Source of the DNA: Lobosporangium transversale
Taxonomy: Eukaryota
Length of the DNA stretch: 64,000 nt
NCBI RefSeq assembly: GCF_002105155.1
Contig: NW_019028995.1
Span: 1 to 64,000 of the forward strand
Direction of reading: 5' to 3'
This document shows positions 52,739 through 64,000 of the stretch, one piece after another (positions within the stretch are counted from its first letter, which is position 1; each line of letters starts with the position of its first letter). A program made the position numbers and the translations under genes. Under the pieces are notes generated by a model. It had not been told where the DNA came from. It did no database searches and saw only the letters and a list, made by a program, of their open reading frames with translations.

Positions 52739-53852
52739 ATGCACAAATACAACCGCACTACCGGACCCAAGTTCTCTGCTACAGCATTGCGTGCCAAGGC
52801 GCCAGCGACACAGCAGTGCCAAAAGTGTCTTGAATTCGGTCATTACACCTATGACTGCAAAGCTGAGAGAGTTTACAAACCACGTCCCACTAGAACTCAG
52901 CAGCTCAAGAAGCCTATCAAGAGGATTGAAGTTGAAGTCCCAGAGGAGTTTTTGCCAAAGAGGTAATATCAGAATTTCATCACATTACAAAAAGTTCTTT
53001 CCGCCAATACTAGCAGAAGGAATATATGTATTAACCATTGCACCGGCGTTCTTGGCTTGTAAATCGATCACAGGAAGGGTTTAGCTGCCAAAATCCTAGA
53101 TGACAAAGAGAGAAGGAAGAAGAATGATCACAAGTCAAGGTAAAGTATTTACCATCAATGCACGCGCGCACCCTAGTAGTTGCGCTTCTTTACTCATACG
53201 ATTTCGTCCCTTTTTTTTGTGTGTTATTCATAGATCTGAGACTTCCTCAAGCGAGAGTGATAGAAGTAGCAGTAGATCATCTTCTAGCTCGTCTAGATCT
53301 AGTTCAAGGTCTTACTCAGGCTCCTCACGCTCCTCACGCTCCTCATCAGTATCATCCTCTCAATCTCGATCATACACTCGCTCCCTATCGAGGTCCCTTT
53401 CAAGGAGCAGAAGCATAAGTAGCAATAGCGGGAGTAGAAGTAGGAGTAGGAGTAGGAGTAGGAGTAGCAGCAGGAGTAGGAGAATCAGTAGAGGTATGAG
53501 CAGAAGCCATGGAGGAATTGCAAGTCGGAGTAGGAGTCAGGACAGACATTCAAGAGCGAAGAAAAATGACTCTTACACCCCTCGTCGTAGTAAAAGCAGG
53601 AGTATCTCTCCAGACCATCCACGCGGACGCACATTACAAAGAAGCCAGAGTAGGAGCAGAAGTCGTAGCCCTAGTCGTGGGAGAGATCGAGACAGAAGCA
53701 GAGGCGGATCCCGCAGCTTCAGTCGCAGTAGGAGTCGTGGCCGTAGCCCTACTTTGACAACTAGGGAGAAGCGTACTATACAAGTTAATCATTCTTCAGA
53801 TGAGGAGAGCCAGAAGCGATCTGGAAAGAAGGTGGCATATAATAGGGACTAG
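52739..53852 (+). CDS. ZCCHC10-like zinc-knuckle protein with Ser/Arg-rich tail
   Basis: QCQKCLEFGHYTYDCKAERVYKPRPTRTQQL (CCHC knuckle), GLAAKIL exon, long RS-repeat final exon. Confidence 0.85.
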
Positions 53853-53932
53853 TGATTGGGTTTTTCCTATTTAAGAGTTTTGTTTTCTTTTACTTTTAAA
53901 CATTCAAATGTTCGATGTATGTTTTTCTGAGA

Positions 53933-54780
53933 TTAATTTGTAGGAGCCAAAGCTATGGCCTTAATTTCGATGAGAAGCTTGGGCTGGACAATCGAGTGAA
54001 ATAGATACAAGCACGTATTAATACAACTACAATTATGCGCTGCCATTCTTTTTATGAAAATGAGCAAAGTCCCACTGAAAGCAAGCAATTGTCCTTACAG
54101 AAGGTAGAGAGAGCACACCGACACACGTTCTCGAAGGACCTGCTTCTGCATCAAAATACTGGTTATAAACCTAGAGAATCCATAGACCATTGTTAGCCTT
54201 GATAGACAATTGTGGATACAGACAATAACGCAACAATAGTTTGGTTGGATTGATTGATTTTTGATTACTTGCCTCGTTCATTGCACCATAATCCTTCATA
54301 TTTGTAAGAAAGACGGTCATATCGACAATATTTTTCAGAGATGCGCCCTTCGATTGAAGAATTACATTGATGCTACAGAAAAGAGAAAAAAGGATCAGAT
54401 AAAGGCAATTGAGCCCCAAAGGAATACCATAGAGTTAATCACACTGCTTACTTTTCAATGACGGCCTTGGTTTGCGCCTTGATATCGAGTTCAAAAGTAC
54501 CATCTGCACTCTCTGTAACACCCTCATATCTAAATATCCATGCAACAATAACATAACAACCCACTCAAGTTAAAAAAAAAAAAAAAAAAAAAAAAACTTT
54601 TAAGAATTGAATTGGCCGATAATTATATGTCTCTTATTACGTATTATCGAGTCGTCGGGAGGAGATGCCGGAAACGTAGATCATGCCGTTGACGGTGCGA
54701 GCATGAGGGTAATGAGCCAAGGCCTGAGCACGGTCTTTGAGGATGACAGCCTCTCCATTAGAAGAGTTAGAAGAAGACAT
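53933..54780 (-). CDS. RidA/YjgF/YER057c-family deaminase, 5 exons
   Basis: Spliced translation MSSSN...AQALAHYPHARTVNGMIYVSGISSRR...QTKAVIENI...VDMTVFLTNMKDYGAMNEVYNQYF...GPSRTCVGV...LLIEIKAIA; stop 53933-53935. Confidence 0.9.
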
Positions 54781-55096
54781 GAAGGAATGAACTGGTAATG
54801 AAGCTGAATTGATCGTGTGAAAAAGAAAAGTTTATGGATATAAACAGCTCATTAGACATGCATCATTATCATAATCATAGTCAGAGGGGCGTGTGTAGGC
54901 CATTCCTCCTAACTTTTAAAACGCCACTCGACATACAACATTCAAACACAAAGCAAAGTTGCATCATCCTTCGACTCTTAATTGCCACACTTCTTCATTA
55001 CGTCTCCTTTCCCTTTTTCTTTTTTTTTTTTTTTTTTTTTTTTTTCTTTTTTTAAAAATCCCTCCTGCTTATCTGACTCAACAACGAACTCCTCGA

Positions 55097-57136
55097 ATGG
55101 ACCCAGAAATTGCAGAGTGGTTGCAGCATGTGCTTCAGACCATCGGGGTATGACTTATGGGTTGAACAATGAAATGTCTCTGAGCAATCCCATCTGTTCG
55201 TTAAGAGATTCCTTCATTTCCTTCAGGTCGACTGGTACCATTAACTTACTCTTGTATTCTTCAATAAATGTTCTTGTCGCGATTCTTTTGTAGTATCAAC
55301 ACAAGGAGCGCATGTATGCCGACGTAGAGGCAGTTCTGCGACGATTCCAAAATTTTCTCGTGCCACATGCAGACACTTATAGTATGCCATGGATCCTGTG
55401 CAGTCTTTTGTCCTATTTGTCAAGCGTACTGGCGGATCGCAGCTTTGCTTGACATGTCCTTGTTTTTTTATTAGTTCTATCGGGCAAGATACATGAGATT
55501 AATCAGGACTCGATATCTGTGAATACTTTTTAATACTGCCATAGCCCATGACAATGGACGATCCCAGCTATTGCTCTCCCTTGTTGGCACAATCCCTATC
55601 GTGTACCAATCTGCCACCTACAACATCCCTGTAGCCTTCTGGCTCCCGACCTCGTATCCTTCTGTAGCGCCCATAGTCTTCGTCACACCAACAGCATTGA
55701 TGCTAGTCAGGGCAGGGAAACATGTCGACATTAGCGGACGATGTTATCACCCATACCTCGCATATTGGAGCAACAAGAGTGATGTATGTCCAAATACTAT
55801 ATACCTTTGATCAGATCACACAGCCATCATACCACTCATCGATTAACTAATACCGACTTGGACGCCAAAATCGTCATTCTATCATTGGCTTTTTCTTTGT
55901 GCGCTTTGAACTCTTAAATAGTCGAATCTTGTGGAACTCATCGGCATCATGCAAAAAGTCTTTTCACTTGATCCGCCTGTATATTCAAAATCTAATGTAT
56001 CAACTCAGCAACAACCGCAATCCAGCCCAACTCTTGGGGCCTACCCCTCACCAACATCGGTAAAACATTGAAATCTGGCTCCTTGTTCCTTGACACGCTG
56101 AAATGAGGATTCAGAAGACTGAACACTGTTCTTGATCGCTTCTTTACTTTTAACACTTTGTTTTATCACTATGATTTGTACGATATTACCGAATGTAGCT
56201 CAAGCCAGCTCCACCCATTTTATCATACTCTCCTAGAGCCAACAGCTCTATTACTACATCTCCGTCAGCTCAGAATAACCGATACTCGGGTTCTAGTTCA
56301 TTCGGATCTTCTCAGCAACTTACGCCCCAGCAAGCTCAATTGTATACTAAACTTCAGGCTGCATTGATGGAATTTCATTCGACATCGTCACGAGAAATGC
56401 AAAACATTGTCACTGTAAACAAACAACTCAATGATGCCGAGACTAGGACCAAAACTGAACTCCAAAGTCTCAGGGATCTGAATGTAAGAGAACTTACGCC
56501 GTTTTTGAATGTGGTTTGGCAAAGAGCCTTTTTTTTTTTTTTTTTTTTTTTGACAACTTGAATGCTTTTATTGTTACTGTTTGTAGAACAAAATTCAATA
56601 CAACATTTCAACGCTTACAAGGTCAATTGAACAGTTGGATACCAAGATTGAGCAGATACGGACATGGCCGGAAGAACCAGTGGATGAAATTATCTGTGGC
56701 AGTAGCGTTGTGCATAATCAGTATGTTAATATTTGCACTGTCAATTTTTTTTTTTTCTTTGAACACTTTGAGGATCTAGCTATTAAGCACCTTCAATACT
56801 AATCAATACTCTTTTACAGGTTATTTGAATTGGTAGCAGAGGAAATCGCAATAGAGGACACTATCTACTACTTAAGCAAAGCTCTTAGTCAGGATAAGGT
56901 TGATTTGAAAGCTTATATGAAGGTACATGGAAATAAACATTGGTCGTTAATTGCTTATTTGGCTCGGCTACTTTCTTTGCTAATGCTGGCTTTTCTTTTT
57001 TTTTTTTTATTCATCGAATATGACTTATTCATCGAATATGACTTATTGACTACAGCATCTCCGAAACTTGTCAAGAGAGCAATTCATGAAAAAAGCGCTT
57101 ATCAAAAAAGTCAAAGCGCAGCTTGGACAAGTATAA
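55097..57136 (+). CDS. VPS23: ESCRT-I subunit Vps23/TSG101
   Basis: UEV domain LLSLVGTIPIVYQSATYNIPVAFWLPTSYP...CYHPYL; steadiness box LVAEEIAIEDTIYYLSKAL...HLRNLSREQFMKKALI; stop 57134-57136. Confidence 0.92.
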
Positions 57137-58050
57137 TGAAAGATAAACTATTAAAAAACAAAAAAGCCTACTTTGCCAAGTTTACAAAGGCGTGAAATGT
57201 TTTCCCAATAATTATATGCGTCGCTTGAGGATTGATTCGACCACAATACAACACGCGAATCCTTCCTATATTTTGACTATGCCTTCTTATTATTGCCTTC
57301 TGGAAAACAGATGTGAATATTTGACCCTTTAAATCATGCACAAAAGTGACGTTGGTTTTTTTTTTCCACGGGGTTCTTCTGCTCAACGGACTCTTTTTTT
57401 TTTTAAACGGGTTTCTGGGTTTCTTCCTTTTTCTTCTTCTTATTGTACTCACCTCGCTCTTCCTCTTCCTCCTCAAATCTACCTCAGGTAAGCTCTATCC
57501 TACTCCTTCTCTTTTCTGCCCTTTCTTTTTTTTTTTGTGGATACACTAAAATAAGAATATGGTGATGATCATACATGGGATGATGAAAATTTTACAAGAG
57601 TGCAAGTGCTTGACCGATAATCATCCATAAAAATACTACATCAAAAGGAAATATGAGAATACACAGCGAAATGTAAAACCCATTCCATGAGCATAAACCT
57701 CTCATCCATCTATGCATTTTGTCATGTACCTCTGATTGACAGAATGGTACAAATGAATTACTGCAAAAAATGAATTTTTCACATAATCTGTCTCATTCAA
57801 TGAATTATAAGAATACGATTCTCCACGCGTCTTTGAACATTTGGGTCTTGTGTTATTGACTCGCCAGGGACATGTGTATAGAAAGCTTACGAAACTGGGA
57901 TAATACTGAATAATGAAAAAAAAAAAAAAAAAAAAAAAAAATCAATTGATATGTGGGATTACGAACAAAGGCTATAACTGCTTGGGCAACTTAATATCAA
58001 GAAGATAATTGACCGTACTGGCGGCTATCTTATCTATTAGATATCTCAAA

Positions 58051-59218
58051 ATGGCCACCCTCGTTCCCGTCCCTTTTGCTGATCTCGGCAAGTCCGCCAA
58101 TGACCTTCTCGGAAAGGATTTCCCCGTTGGACAAACCAAGCTTGAGCTCAAGACCATCGCCCCCAACGGTGTTGTATGTCCATCGCCATGTTTTTTCAAA
58201 TCTTCTTAAGTAACAGTTATCTCGGGAGTTTATATGCAATCGCTTTGAATCCTGATCATTGACAGCTCTCTATTTTACATCTTTGTTGTCCCTTTTTCCT
58301 TGTTTCAAACTCTGCTATTGGCATTTACGTGAATGACGACATTTTCCGTGCCAATGATATTCAATTTTTCCAAATGTGGACATTCAAATCGCGTCTTTTC
58401 GGGACCTGCACCGTCGATAACGATTGTCACTGAAACGCTACAACCAACAGACCTTTAACGTTCTCGGCAACCAAGACAACAAGTCTGGCCACATTAATGG
58501 TGAGCTCAAGACTAAGTATGTTGACTACAAGAATGGTTTGACTGTGACTGAGTCCTGGACCACCAGCAACCTTCTCACCACCCAGATCGAGCTTGAGAAC
58601 AAGGTCGCCAAGGGTTTGAAGCTCGACATCACTGGTGGCTTCCTTCCCTCTGAAGGCAAGAAGAGTGCTAAGGTTGGTGTCCAATATAAGCAGCTCGGTT
58701 TCAACACCCGTGCCTACCTCGATCTTTTCAAGGGCCCCACTTTCACTGGTGATGCTGTCGTTGCCCGTGATGGCTTCCTTGTTGGAGGTGATGTCTCCTA
58801 CGACGTCGGCGGTTCCTACATCACCCGCTTCGCCGCCGCTGCTGGTTACACCGCCCCTGAGTACTCTGTCGCTCTCCATGCCCACAATTCGTTTAAGGTC
58901 TTCTCGGCTTCGTACTACCACCGCATCAACGCTGATCTCGAGGCTGGTGCCAAGGCTACTTGGGACTCCAAGGTTGCTCCCGCTGCCGAGAAAGCCCACA
59001 ACCACAAGGCACCCGTTGCCCTCGAGGTTGGTGCCAAGTACTACCTCGATCGCGATGCTTTTGTCAAGGCCAAGGTCAATAACGCTGGTGTTCTCGGTCT
59101 CGGATATACTCAGGCTCTCCGTAAGGGTGTCAAGGTCTCTGTTGCTGGGCTCTTTGATACCACCAAGTTGGACCAGGGCGCCCACAAGATTGGCCTTTCT
59201 TTTGTCTTTGAGGCATAA
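58051..59218 (+). CDS. POR1: Mitochondrial outer-membrane porin (VDAC), 2 coding exons plus a probable 5'-UTR intron (~57488-58040)
   Basis: PVPFADLGKSANDLLGKDF, ESWTTSN, ASYYHRIN, KAKVNNAGVLGLGYTQALRKGVK, HKIGLSFVFEA. Confidence 0.97.
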
Positions 59219-59772
59219 ATGCTAGTTAAATAAGTTACCTGTTGTTTTTCAACCCTTTTCTTTCTTCTTCATCCTTCTAATGTGTATAAAAAAAAATAAA
59301 TCGATTTTGAGGCTGAACTTGAAGCAAATCAGAGTGTATGTTGAAAGTGTTTCTCCAACGAGAAAAAGGATTGTGCTGGCTGATTGGCTAGTCCTTTGGT
59401 CTAGGTGTTAGTTCACCGCTACTTTGGCTGTCAAAGACCGGGATTTGTATTAAAATGGGCACTGGGGTGTAAGGAGGCTTCGAGTAGTGGAAAAACACAA
59501 ATTGCGGTCCATCCAAGGATTCGCTGGTTAACAAATAAATTAGTAAATCGCATTGATGCAGATTGTTCTTGAGCCGAACACAGAAAATCCAACCCCACAA
59601 AATGGTCAAGTCTTTTTTTCGCGACTGGTGGCTTCCTTTCAAAGATGACTGGATGGCCAGATGACTTGATGACTTTCTTCTTTAACTTCGGCTGAGTTGG
59701 ATTTGACACCTTTCTGTCTCCTCGACTCTCATTCCTCTGTTTCTCGCTGAATTCATTTATTTGATTTTGCAC

Positions 59773-61799
59773 ATGGCTCCTGTTGTAAGCCTGCCATTGG
59801 GCCTACATCGCAAGTCAAGGTCTTCCCTTGCTGGCCTCTCCATTCTCCTCGCCTATATCCTTGTTCGCCGCCAGCAGACTCGTGCTAAGCGGCGTGCTCG
59901 TCAACAGCGTGCTGCTGCTGGCACAGCCACTGGCAGTACTAGTGACAGCTCTGCCGGTAACAAACCTCGTCGGGTCGGAGTCGATAGACACTTTGTGGAG
60001 CAACTCAAAAAATTACTCCCCATTTGTATCCCAGGCTTGGCTAGTAGAGAAGCAGGACTCTTAGCTGCCCTTGCTACCATCTTGATTGCTAGGTAAACAA
60101 TTCAATGTCAACATTATCGCCAATATGTGCTCGACAACCACTCAACATTTTAAGCCCATTTGAATATGAATACAGCACTGTAAGATTTATTGTCTCTTCA
60201 CTCTACATCGCGTTTATACTAAAGCGCTTCCTTCCTTCACCACAAACCATGATAGAACATGGTTAGATGTCTGGTTTTCAGGACTCAATGGTTCAGTTGT
60301 CAAAGCTATTGTGTCTCGCGATCGTAAAAGGTTCATAGCCAAAGCAATGATTGAGTTTGGTCTCATGATGGTATGAACTCTGAAATATGTTTTATCTGAA
60401 ACAAAACGTTTTTTTTTTTTTTTTTGGCATTATGAAATTTTAACCGTTGGTACACGCACACGCTGTTATTATTCTAGTGGCCCATGAGCATCGTAAATAA
60501 CTCGCTCAAGTTCACGATTAGCGCCTTGGCCCTCTCTTTCAGAGAACGTTTGACAAAGGTTCGTGACGCCCAAGCGCTGAACATTTATGCGATTTTTCAT
60601 AATGTAATACCGACATATCTCATCTTGTTTTTTAAATGCATGGTATAGTTTGCACATAATCAATACTTGGATGGAATCACGTTTTACAAGGTCTCCAACA
60701 TCGACAATCGCATTCAGAATGCAGACCAGCTACTTACACAGGACATTGACAAGTTTGCAGATAACCTCAGTCATCTGTACTCGGATATCGCCAAACCTTT
60801 GGTTGACATTGTCCTGTTCGCCTACAAACTAGGAGAGGCTATGTATGTGGTTATCTTGTTAGCAATTGGACTATAGTGGTATCTACAGGGCTGGACATCT
60901 GCTAATCATTTACTCCTAATTATCCCGCTCTAGTGGTGGAGAGGCTCCATTTTACATGATTGGATATTTCTTCCTCTCAGGCGTGGTCCTTCGTGCTCTC
61001 TCCCCGCCATTCGGCAAATGTAAGGAACGAATCTAATATTTACGTCAACGTGCACCGAAGCGGTCAATGAACATTATTCCACGCCATATTGGACATTAAT
61101 CTTTATTATTACCATCTATTAGATACCGCTTTGGAACAAAAGCTTGAAGGTGACTTCCGCTTTGCCCATTCGCGTATCATTACTCATTCTGAGGAGATTG
61201 CATTCTACAATGGCGCTGCACGTGAAAAGGACGGTGTCAATAACGCGTTTGATAAGGTAACAATATTAAGAGGGCGGCCGTTATGACGATAACTTACACA
61301 ATATGGTTTTCTTTTCCTAATTTTTCGTATGACATTACTTGAAACATAACCTGGATAACCTGGATTAGATTTCGCGTCATGTCAAAAAGGTCTACACAAT
61401 GCGCTTCGCTAATGGTATCCTGGATTCAGTACTTGTCAAGTACTGCGCGACTATGACTGCCTATTAGTACGTAGATGATTGCTGACTATGCTATTAGTAC
61501 TCATGGGATTAATGACTATTAATTTGAGTCTAATTCTCCCCTTTCTTTTTTGCATGTCATATAGTTTACTGGCGCGACCCGTCTTTGATCCTGCTTATGG
61601 TATACACCATTTATTGGCCCTTCTAACACCACTAAATATGTTAAATTCGGCTTTTGCTAACTTCGCCTGCACAATTTTCAATAACCGATAGCTACGGAGC
61701 ATATGGGCCGTGTTTCGGCTGACCCTACCAAAATTGTTGAGGATTATTCTCGAAACTGTAAGACTTTCAATTTACATTAGGATAGCAATACTTGAAACA

Positions 61800-61835
<36 letters not shown>

Positions 61836-63086
61836 ACAACATCAACAATCCTTGTGAAAAATCTAGCCGGATACCTCGTAAATCTTTCGCAGGCAGTCGG
61901 CCGTCTGATCCTTGCTGGCCGTGATCTTACGCGGTTTGCAGGATATACGTCGCGCGTCTCAGAACTCTTTGATGTCTTAGATGATATCAAAAAGGGCCGA
62001 TATGAACGAACCATGATAGCAAAGAATGACACCTCATCGTCACAGAGCCAAAGTGTCGATACAAATGACTTGAAGGGCAAGGTCATTACGCAGGATGGCG
62101 TTATTATTTTTGAGAAGGTGCCCATCGTGACACCCAACAACGATGTCTTGGTGAAGGAATTGTCATTCAAGGTCACTAAAGGGACAGATGTCATTATTGC
62201 CGGACCGAATGGTATTTTATTCTTGATTCAACAGTTAAGGAAACTTGGTGCAATTTGTGGAACTTTTCGTATATTGGGTGCTAACCCTCTTTTCTCCTTT
62301 CTCTCTTTCTTTGAATCAAACCAGGCTGTGGAAAATCGTCGCTGTTCCGTATTTTGGGCGACCTCTGGCCATTGTTTGGTGGTACAGTAACGAAGCCCCA
62401 TCCCTCCAAGTTGTTCTACGTCCCACAAAAACCTTACCTGGCGTTAGGAACCTTCCGTGACCAGGTGATTTACCCTGATACTAAGCAGCAGGCGCTTGCT
62501 AAAGGATTCACGGATGCGAAGTTGTTTGAGCTTTTAAGCGTTGTTCACCTCGGATACTTGATTGATCGCGAAGGTGGATGGGACTCTGTTCAAGACTGGG
62601 CTGACGTGTAAGTTTTCCCTGCTTCATTACGGAAAATCATGCTATATAGATCGAAGGCTTGAAGTATTCCAATTCATCTCCCTGTCATCCCTATTAATTA
62701 TAACATTAACCCAATCAATACATAGTCTTTCCGGTGGTGAGAAGCAGCGTGTAGCAATGGCTCGACTGTTCTATCATCGTCCTCAGTTTGCTATCTTGGA
62801 TGAGTGCACGTCTGCAGTCAGCATTGATGTCGAAGGAATCATGTATGAACACGCGCGACAGTCTGGCATCACTCTGTTCACGGTCTCACATCGTCCATCG
62901 CTAATCCGCTACCACGAGTACCTGCTTCGGTTCGATGGGGAAGGTAACTATCAATTCCGAAAACTCGGCAAGGAAGACATCCAGCAAACCGCTTTTGGCT
63001 TTGGCCATGGGAAATCTAAAAAGATCAGGAAGCTTGGTGAGGAAGATAGGGATGGCGATGATGCTGATACAGAAAATAGTGTGTAA
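59773..63086 (+). CDS. Peroxisomal ABCD-family half transporter (PMP70/Pxa-like), multi-exon
   Basis: [23 protein letters not shown], Walker A GPNGCGKSS (split by an intron), [26 protein letters not shown]. Confidence 0.95.
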
Positions 63087-63288
63087 ATAGGCAATTGAAA
63101 TTATTGTGAAGTGAGGGTGGGTCATCCATCCATAAATAAAATAAAACTATCAAATACAAATATTTGATAACCAGGGCCTGCAGGACCATGGGACTTATTA
63201 TCTACACTCTATGAACAAAATGCTCCAGAAACTATAGTCAATAAAAAGTTATACTACACAAACGTCGAAAGCGGCTGCATCCATGGTT

Positions 63289-63782
63289 TCATAAACCCTG
63301 ACCGTCGTAGTTGATACCTAAAGTCCGCCTTTCCGACCTGTTGCGCAACGCGACAAAATATCCGTCATCCATAGTTATCAAAACCTTCATTCCACCTAGC
63401 CGCTCCATCACGTCCAGTTTGGTTTTCCCAAGGTAACTGTCCCGGACTTGGTCATCCGCGATCTTGTAGATCTCTTTTACATTCAGCTTCTGTCTTTGTC
63501 TGAGGGAAGGGACAAGGAAATCATTGCTACTACGTCTGTGCTCCCCAACACAGTTGCGTCCTCTAGCGCGTTTGCTCATAGCAGTGATTCCACGAGCCTT
63601 TTCCTATTCAAAGGTGACTTTACACCGTTTGTTCCAGATTTCTGTACGGCCGAATTCTTCTATGGCCTTGACAAAGCGCCCTGCCATATATGTTGCTATC
63701 CTTGTTGTTGTCTTGAAGCCAACTTTCCAACTCTGAGCAATGGACTTGGGCGTAAGTCCATGATAAATGCCCTGCACAGACC
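63289..63782 (-). pseudogene. Probable 3' relic of a non-LTR (LINE-like) retrotransposon ORF
   Basis: Two predicted ORFs are one frame broken by TAG: ...EEFGRTEIWNKRCKVTFE*EKARGITAMSKR.... It resembles the IWxxRC...WEKxxGI C-terminal motif I associate with fungal non-LTR RT/RNase H proteins. No introns; the RT domain is absent. Confidence 0.45.
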
Positions 63783-63885
63783 AACAAAACAAACGCCCAT
63801 TTTTTTTTTTTTCTTTTTTTTTTGATAACAAGGACCCTCAGGTAACAAAACAAACGCCCACTCAATTTTTTTTTTTTTTTTTTTT
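63783..63885. repeat. 17-bp direct repeat AACAAAACAAACGCCCA, each copy followed by a poly-T tract
   Basis: Copies at 63783-63799 and 63844-63860. Confidence 0.85.
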
Positions 63886-64000
63886 AAGCAAAATACACAA
63901 GCACCCTTTAGTCACGTGTTTCAATTTATTGTCTTCTTAATCTGGCTAAAGCACTCGTCACTTGTCGTAAATCTGCTATTTACGTATCCTCTTCTTCATT

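Noticed and set aside
53400..53750. (AGTAGG)n-like repeats
   Set aside because: Simply encode the Ser-Arg repeats of the ZCCHC10-like protein.
57007..57047. 18-bp tandem duplication TTATTCATCGAATATGAC
   Set aside because: Local slippage inside a VPS23 intron; no sign of function.
58427..59225. 252-aa antisense and 196-aa alternative-frame ORFs over VDAC
   Set aside because: Shadow ORFs of a highly codon-biased gene; no recognisable motifs.

Overview
Intron-rich, AT-rich fungal genomic DNA. Gene content, short GT-AG introns and very long A/T homopolymers suggest an early-diverging fungus (Mucoromycota/Mortierellaceae-like; inference). Most of the window is housekeeping genes: Rck2/Srk1 kinase 3' end, SCOT, Hsp90, BiP, Cdc12 septin, beta-tubulin, Agc1/aralar, Qns1, PI-PLC, La, Rad9/Crb2, a C2H2 factor, a ZCCHC10-like SR protein, RidA, Vps23, VDAC and a peroxisomal ABCD transporter. 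The notable part is an ~11.5 kb accessory island (about 41.2-52.7 kb). It holds two diverged, tandem, four-exon genes. After splicing and correcting a few frameshifts, each encodes a ~1,070-1,220 aa protein: an N-terminal XPG/FEN1-type PIN 5'-nuclease fused through a basic linker to a C-terminal Fanzor (eukaryotic TnpB-like RuvC + zinc finger, with the rearranged catalytic Glu). All three coding introns sit at equivalent positions and phases in both copies, which supports a true fusion. Both copies also have a post-stop hairpin followed by a 3'-UTR intron, where a Fanzor omega-RNA would be expected. The island further contains an inverted, chimeric relic of the same family, TA-flanked TIR/MITE-like repeats, and no recognisable transposase. 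Both full-length copies carry frameshifts, so they may be decaying, although a frameshift in a housekeeping kinase suggests the assembly has homopolymer indel errors. All alignments and translations were done by eye; no database search was run.
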